This document shows, piece by piece, positions 1 through 9,550 of a stretch of DNA of 64,000 bases; the first letter of the stretch is position 1; each line of letters begins with the position of its first letter. Source of the stretch: an uncultured Planctomycetaceae bacterium. Lineage in GTDB: Bacteria > Planctomycetota > Planctomycetia > Planctomycetales > Planctomycetaceae. The stretch covers positions 62,001 to 126,000 of the forward strand of contig CAXBME010000005.1 of the NCBI GenBank assembly GCA_963976765.1, written 5' to 3'. A program made the position numbers and the translations under genes. The notes below the pieces were generated by a model. That model did no database searches. It was given only the letters and a program-made list of their open reading frames with translations, and had not been told where the DNA came from.

Positions 1-3000
1 GCATCTACAACGTCCGAACGGGAGCCAGTCAGGACGAACGCGACACCATCGAACGTGCGGCTCATCGCGAGGCCGAGCTGCTGGAGTCGCTGCAGCATCC
101 GGGCATTCTTCGCCGCGAGGGATACACGCAGCACGAACTCGGTCCTGCTCTGATCTTCGAGCATGATCCCTTGATGATGCGGCTGGATCATTTCCTGGCC
201 GAACGGCACGAGCGACTCGGGCTGGACGAGCGGCTGGACCTGGTCCGGCAACTCGCCGAGGTCGTCCGATTCGCCCATCAGCGGCGAGTCGTGCATCGTG
301 CCCTGTCGCCTCAGAGCGTGCTGGTCAGTGAAGGCGCAGGAAGTCGGCTGCAGCTCAAAGTCTTCAACTGGCAGGTCGGCTATCGCGATCCGTCATCCAC
401 AACCGACGAATCCCGAGGTGTCACGGCGACGTCGCATGTGGACCGGCTCGTGGAAGATGTCAGTACCGCGTACATCGCACCCGAGGCGATGTCCGGGGAA
501 GACAACACCGGCGAGCACCTCGATGTGTTCTCGCTGGGGGCAATTGCGTGGCACGTCTTCACAGGGCAACCACCCGCAGCCAACGGTCTGGAACTGAGCA
601 ATCGGCTGCACGAGACCAACGGTCTGCAGATCAGCTCGGTGCTGAACGGAGCCGGTGAGAACCTGCAGGAACTCATTCAGTGGAGCACTCACGCGGACGT
701 CGGCTTGCGGCTCGACACAGCGGACGAGTTCCTGACGCTGCTCGAAAAGGTCGAAGACGAAGCCACAGCTCCCGATGCCGAACACTCGGTCGAAGACCCG
801 AATCAGGCCCGCAAAGACGACATCCTGCCGGGTGGCCTGCGAGTGATTAAACGACTGGGTCGCGGCAGTTGCTCAATCGTGCTGCTGGTCGAGCGGGATG
901 GCGAAGAGTTCGTGCTGAAGGCGGCCAGCGATCCCGAGCACAATGCCCGGCTGAAGGATGAAGTCGATGTGCTGTCGCGGCTGCATCACAACCACATCGT
1001 CGTGCAGTGCGGAACCGTCGAGATTGGCGACCACTTCGGCTTCCTGATGCGTCCCGTCTTCGCCGAACGCGAGAAACGCACGATCGAGACACTGCGGGAC
1101 CGGCTGCGGAGCGAAGGTCGTCTGCATGTTGATCTGCTGCAGCGATTCGGTAACGACCTGCTGGACGTCGTGCGGTATCTGGAAGAGGAAGCCGGCATCC
1201 CGCATCGCGACCTCAAGCCGGACAACATCGCCATTGGTCAGATCAAACGCGGCCAGAAGCTGCACCTGGTGCTGTTTGACTTCTCGCTGTCACGATCTTC
1301 GACCGAGTCGCTCCGGGCTGGCACGAACGGCTACATCGACCCCATGCTGCCGCTGCGCAAGAACAAACGCTGGGACCTGCACGCCGAACGCTACGCCGCC
1401 GCCGCGACGCTGTACGAACTGGCGGCAGGGCCGGGGATTCTGCCGAAGTGGGGTGACGGAGCCAGTCTGCCGTCGCTCACTAAAGACGAGGCGACGATCG
1501 ACGGCGACCGATTCGATCCGTCACTGCGGGAGCCGCTGACCGCGTTCTTTGTTCGAGCCTTTCAGCGAGACCCGCAGCAGCGCTTCGACAATGCCGAACA
1601 GATGCGCGACGCGTGGCGAGACTGCTTCATCGGCATCGAGGACTCATCGCCGCTGTCGGACCACGACGATGACACCGATCTGCGAGCCCTGCTGGATTCG
1701 GCGACGTTCGACACGCAGATTCCGGAACTCGGCCTGGGCACACGGACGACCAACGCACTCGATAAGGCCAACGTGCTGACCGTCGAAGACCTGCTGACCG
1801 TTCCCGTGCGACGCCTGATGAAGCTGCGGGGCGTCGGCAACAAGACGCGACGCGAAATCCTGGACGTCGTCCGCATCCTGCGTGAACGTCTCGGACGCCC
1901 GCAGCAGTCCGACGTGCCGGAAGTCGAGGAAGAAGTCGTCGAAACGGAAGTCACGGACGTCGGCAGCCTCAGCGTGGACCTGCTGGCTCAGCGAGTGACG
2001 AAAACCGGAGCAAAAGAAGGCGACTCGTCACGGGCGACGTTGCTGGCGCTGCTCGGGCTGGACGACCGGCTCACAGAAGCCTGGCCGAGTCAGACCGAAG
2101 TGGCTCCTGTCGTGGGCGTCACGCGTGGCCGCATCGGGCAACTGGTCGGCAAGTTTCAGACTCGCTGGACGAAGGATGCTGCGGTTACGGCGTTGCGGTC
2201 CGATGTGGCGAACATCGTGACGACGGCGGGAGGCGTGATGTCCGCTGCTGAGCTGGCAGAGGCTCTGCTGGTCGCTCGTGGTTCGACGCAGGACGAGCCG
2301 CAGCGGTCTCGGCTGGCCGCCGCTCTGACGCGCGTTTGCGTCGAGGTTGAGCGGACGCTGACGGACCCGCGATTCCTGGTGCGTCGCAGTCAGGGGCGAG
2401 TCCTCATTGCTCTCGATTCGGAACTCGCCGACGCAGCGCTGCGGCTGGGTGACGAGGCGGATCAGATCGCGGACGAAGACCCGCTGGTCGCTCCTGCCCG
2501 GGCACTCGCTCGGCTGCGTGACGTTCCCGTTCCCCCACAACTGGCTTCCGTCAGCGACACGCGACTGTTGCGGCTGGCGTCTGCCGTGTCGCTGAAGGCG
2601 GCGGTCTCCAGTCGGCAGGAACTGTATCCGCGAGGGCTTGCTGCCGACCGGGCGTTGAAGCTGTCGCAGGGGGCCTTGTACGGAGTCCCGCGTCTGACCG
2701 TCGATCAGGTTCACTCACGAGTTCGAGGCCGGTATCCCGAAGCAGAGTCTCTGCCCGGTCATCCGGAACTGGAGCGTCTGTTGCTGGACGCTGGATTCCA
2801 GTTTGAGTGGGACGCGCTGGCTGGCGACGGAGGCTGTTACGTCAGTCGGCAGAAGGACATCGTCACGTTCACCAGTGCCAGCGAGACACCTCCGCGTAAC
2901 TCGACAGCACGCACGTCAGACCGGGCAGTGGCAATAGGAGACGATACGCCTGAGATCGCGGACGCCCGTCAGTTTGAAGAGAAGCTGGACCGAGGCATTC

Positions 3001-3527
3001 GCGAGGGTGCGTTTCTGACGCTGCTGGTCAATCCCCGCGACTATCAACAGGCAGCAGAGGAAGTGTCCCGACGCTTCCCGGTGCAACTGGTGGACTTCGA
3101 AGGTCTGCTGATCGAAGCGCTCCGCGAGGTCGCCGAGAAGGCGAAAGTGAAGTGGGACCTGGTCCTGGCGACGGACGCCGCTCCCGGGAAAGGCGACTGG
3201 GACCGACTGCTGCTGCTGCTCGGTCGAGCGATGCCGTTGGTCGAGCAGCAACTGGCCGCGTCTGACCGCACGATGCTGATGATCTACCCGGGCCTGCTGG
3301 CTCGCTACGAGCAGATGTCACTACTGCAGCGACTGCGGGACCAGGTGGGCCGCAAAGGCGGCATCCCCGGTCTGTGGCTGCTGATCCCCGACGAACAGCA
3401 CGCCACGATCGACGGCAAAGCCATCCCCATGATCAGCCCGGCTCAGTGCTCCCGCATCCCGGTCGGCTGGATCAGGAATGAGCATCGAGGAAAACAACCG
3501 CTGACTGCTGAAAGTCCCACATCATGA
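1..3527 (+). CDS. pglW: BREX-2/Pgl serine/threonine kinase PglW (5'-truncated by window)
   Basis: Frame open from window start; two kinase-like domains (HRALSPQSV, HRDLKPDN, DFS), RNAP alpha-CTD-like segment (KLRGVGNKT); precedes pglX-pglY-pglZ. Confidence 0.9.
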   Translation, partial: IYNVRTGASQDERDTIERAAHREAELLESLQHPGILRREGYTQHELGPALIFEHDPLMMRLDHFLAERHERLGLDERLDLVRQLAEVVRFAHQRRVVHRALSPQSVLVSEGAGSRLQLKVFNWQVGYRDPSSTTDESRGVTATSHVDRLVEDVSTAYIAPEAMSGEDNTGEHLDVFSLGAIAWHVFTGQPPAANGLELSNRLHETNGLQISSVLNGAGENLQELIQWSTHADVGLRLDTADEFLTLLEKVEDEATAPDAEHSVEDPNQARKDDILPGGLRVIKRLGRGSCSIVLLVERDGEEFVLKAASDPEHNARLKDEVDVLSRLHHNHIVVQCGTVEIGDHFGFLMRPVFAEREKRTIETLRDRLRSEGRLHVDLLQRFGNDLLDVVRYLEEEAGIPHRDLKPDNIAIGQIKRGQKLHLVLFDFSLSRSSTESLRAGTNGYIDPMLPLRKNKRWDLHAERYAAAATLYELAAGPGILPKWGDGASLPSLTKDEATIDGDRFDPSLREPLTAFFVRAFQRDPQQRFDNAEQMRDAWRDCFIGIEDSSPLSDHDDDTDLRALLDSATFDTQIPELGLGTRTTNALDKANVLTVEDLLTVPVRRLMKLRGVGNKTRREILDVVRILRERLGRPQQSDVPEVEEEVVETEVTDVGSLSVDLLAQRVTKTGAKEGDSSRATLLALLGLDDRLTEAWPSQTEVAPVVGVTRGRIGQLVGKFQTRWTKDAAVTALRSDVANIVTTAGGVMSAAELAEALLVARGSTQDEPQRSRLAAALTRVCVEVERTLTDPRFLVRRSQGRVLIALDSELADAALRLGDEADQIADEDPLVAPARALARLRDVPVPPQLASVSDTRLLRLASAVSLKAAVSSRQELYPRGLAADRALKLSQGALYGVPRLTVDQVHSRVRGRYPEAESLPGHPELERLLLDAGFQFEWDALAGDGGCYVSRQKDIVTFTSASETPPRNSTARTSDRAVAIGDDTPEIADARQFEEKLDRGIREGAFLTLLVNPRDYQQAAEEVSRRFPVQLVDFEGLLIEALREVAEKAKVKWDLVLATDAAPGKGDWDRLLLLLGRAMPLVEQQLAASDRTMLMIYPGLLARYEQMSLLQRLRDQVGRKGGIPGLWLLIPDEQHATIDGKAIPMISPAQCSRIPVGWIRNEHRGKQPLTAESPTS

Positions 3528-6500
3528 TCGACCGTATTGCTCTTCTTTCTGACCTGCAGTCGCTGTTGAAGCGGCTGGAAGCTGATTTGCTGGACCGCAG
3601 TGACTCGGATGATGTGCCCGAAGTCCGCGAGTGGCTGCTGCGCGAGTATCAGCAGGCGAAGGAATCCGAACGCACCGCGCAGACTCAGAAGCAGTGGGTC
3701 GATGACTTCATCACGCAGGTCGCGGCCGCGTGGGTGCTCAGTGCGGTGTTTGCCCGGTTTCTGGAAGACAACGGGCTGGTTGATCCGCCGCGTATCAGCG
3801 GGCCTCAGGATGTCGACAATCCCGCCAGCAGTCGGCTCAGCCGGGCTCGGGATGAGCGTGAACTTTATTTCGGCCAGCATCCGAAACACACGGACCGCGA
3901 CTACCTCCTCGACGTGTTTGCCGGGCTGGCGAAGCTGCCGGCGACAGCGGACGTGTTCGGCGAGCACAACCCGTTGAACTCGCTGCCCAACTGGCTGGGA
4001 CCGGACGCGGCGGGCGAGCTGCTGACGTTCTTCCAGAAGATCGATGCCGGCACCGGGCAGCTTGTGCATGACTTCACCGATCCTGATTGGAACACCCGCT
4101 TCCTGGGCGATCTGTATCAGGACCTGTCCGAAGCCGCCCGCAAGAAGTACGCGCTGCTGCAGACGCCTGAGTTCGTCGAGGAGTTCATCCTCGACCGCAC
4201 CCTCGAACCGGCTCTGGACGAGTTCGGCCTGACCGAGTTCAAGATGATCGACCCCGCCTGTGGCAGTGGCCACTTTCTGCTGGGATCATTCCCCCGAATC
4301 CTCGACCACTGGAATCAGGAAGAGCCGGGGACGAACGTACGGGTGCTGGTGCAGCGAACGCTGGATTCAATTCACGGAGTGGATATCAACCCGTTTGCGA
4401 TTGCGATCGCCCGGTTTCGTCTGCTGCTGGCGGCGCTGGCGGCCTGCGGTGTGAAGCGTCTGGCGGATGCTCCCGCGTTTGCAATGAATCTCGCGTGTGG
4501 CGATTCGCTGTATCACGGCGTCGAGCGGCAACAGACGCTGGGCGACTGGACGGACGAGTCGCACTATTTCCGCACCGAAGACGCCGAGAATCTAAGACGC
4601 ATTTTGCAGGAAGGAACCTTTCATGCCGTCGTCGCAAATCCACCCTATATCGTTGTTAGTGATCCGGCGGCGAACGCAGCTTATCGCCGACTCTACAAGG
4701 AAGTCTGTCACAAGCAATACTCGCTCGCCGCACCATTCTTGCAACGCATTAATAAGTTAGGAATTGACTCACATACGAGTGCAGCGTTCACGGGACAGAT
4801 AACCGCGAACAGCTTTATGAACAACGAGTTCGGTACGAAGCTCGTTGAGACTTATCTCCCTACGATTGACTTAACGCATATCGTCGATACTCGCTACCTT
4901 CAGCCAGAGGGGCACGAAACCCCCACTGTGATTCTGTTTGGAAGGGCGAGGCGACCGGTCAATGCTGATGTGCGGGTGGTGCGAGGAATCAAGGGAGAAT
5001 CGCCCGTTCCGCCAGACTTGTCAGCTGGGCAAGTCTGGACCTCAATTCTTCGGCAGATCGACCTGCCCGGTTCTGAGGGCGAGTTTGTCTCGGTGTGTGA
5101 CACAAGCCGGGAAGAACTCTCAACTCACCCTTGGTCGATTGGTGGAGGCGGAGCGTCAGAGCTTTATGACTACCTTGTCAGCACAGCGAACACAAAGTTA
5201 CGTGTTCATCTCAGTGAAATCGGGCGCACGACGCACACTGGTGAAAACCCCGCATTCTATCTATTAAACGGAGCAGACCGCACTCGTGGCTGGAGTGATT
5301 GGGTTCTTCCCGTTGTAAGTGGGGAGGATATTCGTGACTGGCTGATAGAGCCCGAAGAAGTGACGATATTTCCATATGATCACCAAACAGGTGAGCGGCG
5401 GGACAACATGCCAATTACGCTGTCACGTCACTATTGGATTCATCGTGCGACCCTACGGTCGAGACAAGATTTCGGAGAGACGATTGAAGAGCGAGGTTTG
5501 CATTGGACAGATCACTCGATGTTCTTTCCGAAACGCCATCGCCACACTACGTCAGTTGCATTCGCCTTTAAGGCAACGCACAACCATTTTGCCTTAAATG
5601 ACAGCCGATTCGTCTTCAATCAAACCGCACCGGTGATTCAGCTTCGAGAGGGCACACGAAAAGACTACTGTGAGCTGCGTGAGATTCTAAACTCATCGGT
5701 GAGTTCTCTTTGGGAGCGAGAAGTCCACCGAGAAGTAAGTGGAAAACGTGAAGAACGATGGCAGGGCCGCCTAGAACGAAATTCAACTAAGCTGAAGGAC
5801 TTTCCACTTCCTGAGGAACGCCCAAGTATTCAATCATCAGCAATTGAATTAAATGTCGCGAATCTAAGCGGATCACTTCCCTACACTGTGGTCCAAAAGT
5901 GGGTTGACTCTGGTAGGGACGAACTCGCAGTACTGCTTGAAGCTGCGAAGCATTCAGCAAATGAGGCAATCGCTTTGTTGATCCGCCTCCAAGAGGACCT
6001 CGACTGGGAATGCTACCGTCTTTACGGTTTGTGTGAGGACGACCTGACGTACCAGAGTTGTCAGTCGTCAGTCGTCAGTGGTCAGGAAGACTCTGAAAAC
6101 CGTGAACTGACAACTGATAATTCCTTCGGCATCCAGCTTGGCGAGCGGGCCTTCGAGATCGTGCTGGCGCGCAAGATGACTCGCGGCGAAGTTGCGACCA
6201 CGTGGTTCGAGCGGCACGGCAGTACGCCCATTACGGAACTGCCCGATCAATGGCCCGACGACTACCGGCAACTGGTCGAACGCCGCATCGCCGTCATCGA
6301 GTCCAATCCGCAGATCGCCCTCATCGAGCAGCCCGAATACAAACGCCGCTGGAACACCGAATCGTGGGACTCGCAGGTAGAGCGTGCTCTGAAGTTCCGG
6401 CTGCTGAATCGCCTCGAAAGCTACTTCGACTTCGACGGGCGGATGCGCGGTGAAGAGAGTAGTGAGACTGCCACGGCTCCGCTCGCTGAGATCGCTGTGG

Positions 6501-7609
6501 TGTCGCTTTCCCGCCTGGCAGACGTAGCAGCGAGGGACGAGCAGTTCATGGAAGTGGGTGAGGTCTACCGCGACGACCCGGCCTTCCACGTCCAGCGTCT
6601 CGTCGAGGAACTCGTCGCCGCCGAACACGTCCCGTTGCTGCCGGTCCTTCGCTACAACCCCACCGGACTCCGAAAACGCGAACAGTGGGAAGACACCTGG
6701 GAACTGCAGCGTGAAGAGGACGAGCTGGAACGACAGCGGACGGCACTCCGGCATGCGCTGAAGCTGCGTGAAAAGGAACTGGAGCAACAGCACTCAGAGG
6801 AGCTGGCTGCGATCGCAGTCGCTCGGAAACCGCTGCTGACGGCCTGTCTCAGCCTGAGTGAGGTGTTGCCGGAGCCTCCGGAAATCGACGAGTCACAAGA
6901 CGCTGAAGGCATGGCTGCACAGCTGCTCGCGTTGAAGATCGCCGGCAAGCACAAGGCAGCGGCCACGGCTGTGCATGACGGTCAGGAAGCCGTCTTGAAA
7001 GCAAAGCGAACACTGCGTCGAGCGGTCCTTAAAGCAGCGGCCGCCGACACGAAATATCAGGACCTCGCCACCGAACTGGAAGCTGTCCCTGAAAACCCGG
7101 AAATCCCAGTCCCGCCCAAGTACGCCGCTAAGGACTTCATCTCGACCGGCGGAGCGAGGTACTGGTCACTGCGAGGCAAGCTGGACGTGCCGAAGGAACG
7201 CTGGATCAGCTTCCCTCACAGCCACGCCGAGGACGGGTCACTCACAATCTGCTGGGCGGGTTACGACCACCTGCAGCAGGCGACGGCGATCAGTGCCTGG
7301 TACGTGGATATCCGGGACCGTCAGGGCGGCAAAGAGGACTCGCGTCTGATCCCGCTGCTGGCCTGCCTGATCGAGCTGCTGCCGTGGCTGAAGCAGTGGC
7401 ACAACGACATCGACCCGACCTACGACATGGCCATGGGCGACTACTTCGCCGGCTTCGTCCAGGAAGAAGCCCGCTCCCTGAACATGACCCAGGACGAAAT
7501 CAAAGCCTGGCAGCCACCGAAGAAGGCAAAGAAGAAAGCCACCAGGAAGAAGGCAACCCGCAAGAAAGCGACAAAAAAGAAGGCAGCCTCTGAGGAGACA
7601 GCCGAGTGA
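3524..7609 (+). CDS. pglX: BREX-2 adenine DNA methyltransferase PglX
   Basis: DPACGSGHFL and VANPPY motifs, FLGDLYQDLSE, C-terminal RGKLDVPKERWI; overlaps pglW stop. Confidence 0.93.
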   Translation: MIDRIALLSDLQSLLKRLEADLLDRSDSDDVPEVREWLLREYQQAKESERTAQTQKQWVDDFITQVAAAWVLSAVFARFLEDNGLVDPPRISGPQDVDNPASSRLSRARDERELYFGQHPKHTDRDYLLDVFAGLAKLPATADVFGEHNPLNSLPNWLGPDAAGELLTFFQKIDAGTGQLVHDFTDPDWNTRFLGDLYQDLSEAARKKYALLQTPEFVEEFILDRTLEPALDEFGLTEFKMIDPACGSGHFLLGSFPRILDHWNQEEPGTNVRVLVQRTLDSIHGVDINPFAIAIARFRLLLAALAACGVKRLADAPAFAMNLACGDSLYHGVERQQTLGDWTDESHYFRTEDAENLRRILQEGTFHAVVANPPYIVVSDPAANAAYRRLYKEVCHKQYSLAAPFLQRINKLGIDSHTSAAFTGQITANSFMNNEFGTKLVETYLPTIDLTHIVDTRYLQPEGHETPTVILFGRARRPVNADVRVVRGIKGESPVPPDLSAGQVWTSILRQIDLPGSEGEFVSVCDTSREELSTHPWSIGGGGASELYDYLVSTANTKLRVHLSEIGRTTHTGENPAFYLLNGADRTRGWSDWVLPVVSGEDIRDWLIEPEEVTIFPYDHQTGERRDNMPITLSRHYWIHRATLRSRQDFGETIEERGLHWTDHSMFFPKRHRHTTSVAFAFKATHNHFALNDSRFVFNQTAPVIQLREGTRKDYCELREILNSSVSSLWEREVHREVSGKREERWQGRLERNSTKLKDFPLPEERPSIQSSAIELNVANLSGSLPYTVVQKWVDSGRDELAVLLEAAKHSANEAIALLIRLQEDLDWECYRLYGLCEDDLTYQSCQSSVVSGQEDSENRELTTDNSFGIQLGERAFEIVLARKMTRGEVATTWFERHGSTPITELPDQWPDDYRQLVERRIAVIESNPQIALIEQPEYKRRWNTESWDSQVERALKFRLLNRLESYFDFDGRMRGEESSETATAPLAEIAVVSLSRLADVAARDEQFMEVGEVYRDDPAFHVQRLVEELVAAEHVPLLPVLRYNPTGLRKREQWEDTWELQREEDELERQRTALRHALKLREKELEQQHSEELAAIAVARKPLLTACLSLSEVLPEPPEIDESQDAEGMAAQLLALKIAGKHKAAATAVHDGQEAVLKAKRTLRRAVLKAAAADTKYQDLATELEAVPENPEIPVPPKYAAKDFISTGGARYWSLRGKLDVPKERWISFPHSHAEDGSLTICWAGYDHLQQATAISAWYVDIRDRQGGKEDSRLIPLLACLIELLPWLKQWHNDIDPTYDMAMGDYFAGFVQEEARSLNMTQDEIKAWQPPKKAKKKATRKKATRKKATKKKAASEETAE
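6055..6123. repeat. Heptamer-repeat inverted hairpin in frame within pglX
   Basis: TCAGTCG/TCAGTCG/TCAGTGG arm pairs with CTGACAA/CTGATAA arm; 69 nt. Confidence 0.75.
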
Positions 7610-8193
7610 CATCGAATTCGCCCAACGTCGTCGTCATCGCTGGCCCGAATGGCAGTGGCAAGTCCACAGCCGCGCCGACGCTGCTGCGCGATTACCTGGG
7701 GCTCGTCGAGTTCGTGAATGCTGACGTGATCGCTCAGGGGCTGTCCGGGTTCGGTTCGGAGCAGGTGTCTCTGCAGGCAGGTCGCATCATGCTGAAACGA
7801 CTCACCGACCTCGCCACCCGCCAGGCCGACTTCGCGTTCGAAACGACGCTGGCCTCACGCTCGTTCGCACCGCGACTGCGACAACTTCAGGCGGATGGCT
7901 ACCGGGTGCATCTGCTGTTTCTATGGCTGCCCTCGCCCGAGATGGCGATCGCTCGCGTGGCCAGCCGCGTCCAGCGAGGCGGGCATCACGTCCCGGACGA
8001 AGTTGTTCGCCGCCGATACGATGCCGGGCTCACGAACTTTTTCAGCATGTACCGGCCTTTCGTGGATGAGTGGCGGATATTCGATAATTCCGACGGAGGC
8101 GGCTACGAGCAGATTGCTCAGGAGTCTCGCACCGGGGAACTGCAGATAGAGAACACAGCCGTCTGGCAAAGAATCGAGGAGCAGTACCAATGA
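7606..8193 (+). CDS. Zeta-toxin-like/AAA P-loop kinase
   Basis: GPNGSGKST Walker A, FVNAD, FETTL, RVxRGGH motifs. Confidence 0.85.
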   Translation: MTSNSPNVVVIAGPNGSGKSTAAPTLLRDYLGLVEFVNADVIAQGLSGFGSEQVSLQAGRIMLKRLTDLATRQADFAFETTLASRSFAPRLRQLQADGYRVHLLFLWLPSPEMAIARVASRVQRGGHHVPDEVVRRRYDAGLTNFFSMYRPFVDEWRIFDNSDGGGYEQIAQESRTGELQIENTAVWQRIEEQYQ

Positions 8194-8390
8194 TCCAGTC
8201 CCACGATCACGAAACAATCGCCGAGCGGCTGCGCGACACGGCGGGCGTTAAGGCGGCTCTCAAGAAGGCAGCTCGCGAAGCGGTCAACGAACACGCTCGT
8301 GCTGGCCAGCGAATTGTCGTCTGGCGCGACGGTCAGGTGGTTTGGCAGGACGCTCGTGAGATCGCTGCGGAAGAGGACACTGATCACTGA
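8190..8390 (+). CDS. Small putative antitoxin partner of the P-loop kinase
   Basis: 66 aa, overlaps upstream stop (ATGA), IVVWRDGQVVW tail typical of these small partners. Confidence 0.65.
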   Translation: MIQSHDHETIAERLRDTAGVKAALKKAAREAVNEHARAGQRIVVWRDGQVVWQDAREIAAEEDTDH

Positions 8391-8435
8391 GACGCGAACG
8401 TTTCCGGCAACACAGGCGAGATCGAAGAACCCGGT

Positions 8436-9533
8436 ATGGCAAAGAAGAAGGCAACTCGAAAACTGACGCGAACGAGCCGGGGTGTCGCTGCGCCGCCGAA
8501 ACGGCTGGTCAGCGATCTGCGTGCGCTCATTGAGCAGTCACGTTCGCAGGTTGCCGTGACGGTGAATTCGGCTCTGGTCCTGCTGTACTGGCATGTCGGA
8601 AGGCGGATTCGTGAAGACGTGCTGAAGAGCGACCGGGCCGAGTACGGGAAGGAGATTCTTTCGACACTGTCGCAAGAATTGACGGAGGAGTTTGGGAAGG
8701 GATTCAGTGCGAAGGGGCTTTGGCGGATGATGCAGTTCGCCGATGTCTTTCCGGACTCAGAGATTGTCGCGACGCTGTCGCGACAATTGAACTGGAGCCA
8801 CTTTGTTGAGATTCTGCCACTCGACGACTCGCTGAAACGTGACTTCTACGCCGAGATGTGTCGCATCGAGCGGTGGAGCGTCCGCACTCTGAGGCAGAAG
8901 ATCGACGGGCTGCTGTTCGAGCGGACGGCCATCAGCCAGAAGCCGACCGAAGTGATCGAGCACGACCTGGCCGCACTGCGGAATGAGGACCGGCTGACGC
9001 CTGACCTGGTCTTTCGCGATCCGTACTTCCTGGACTTCCTCGGGCTGACGGGAACGTACCAGGAACGCGACATCGAGCAGGCCATCCTGCGGGAGCTGGA
9101 GTCGTTCATCCTCGAAATGGGCACGGACTTCGCCTTCGTCGCCCGGCAGAAGCGGATCACGATCGACAGCGAGGACTACTACCTCGACCTGCTGTTCTAC
9201 CATCGGCGGCTGCGTCGGCTGGTGGCGATCGACCTGAAGCTGGGCAAGTTCCAGGCGGCCGACAAGGGGCAGATGGAGCTGTATCTGCGCTGGCTGGAAG
9301 CTCACGAAGTCTGTCCTGGCGAAGAGGCTCCGCTGGGCCTGATCCTGTGTGCGGACAAGTCGGAAGAACATGTCCGGCTGCTGCGACTGGACGAAAGCGG
9401 CATCCGCGTCGCCCGCTACCTGACCGAACTCCCGCCACGCCGTCTGCTGGAACAGAAACTCCACGACGCCGTCCTGCTTGCTCGCCAGACACTCGATGCC
9501 CGACCGCTGAAGTCTGAATCCTCTGACGACTGA
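8436..9533 (+). CDS. YhcG/DUF1016 family PD-(D/E)XK nuclease
   Basis: LYWHVG, LNWSH, WSVRTL, RDPYFLDFL, DLLFYH..IDLK motifs. Confidence 0.9.
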   Translation: MAKKKATRKLTRTSRGVAAPPKRLVSDLRALIEQSRSQVAVTVNSALVLLYWHVGRRIREDVLKSDRAEYGKEILSTLSQELTEEFGKGFSAKGLWRMMQFADVFPDSEIVATLSRQLNWSHFVEILPLDDSLKRDFYAEMCRIERWSVRTLRQKIDGLLFERTAISQKPTEVIEHDLAALRNEDRLTPDLVFRDPYFLDFLGLTGTYQERDIEQAILRELESFILEMGTDFAFVARQKRITIDSEDYYLDLLFYHRRLRRLVAIDLKLGKFQAADKGQMELYLRWLEAHEVCPGEEAPLGLILCADKSEEHVRLLRLDESGIRVARYLTELPPRRLLEQKLHDAVLLARQTLDARPLKSESSDD

Positions 9534-9550
9534 CCGCTGGAAGTAACACC

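Noticed and set aside
3524..7609. Phase-variable homopolymer tract in pglX
   Set aside because: No long poly-G/C run seen and frame intact
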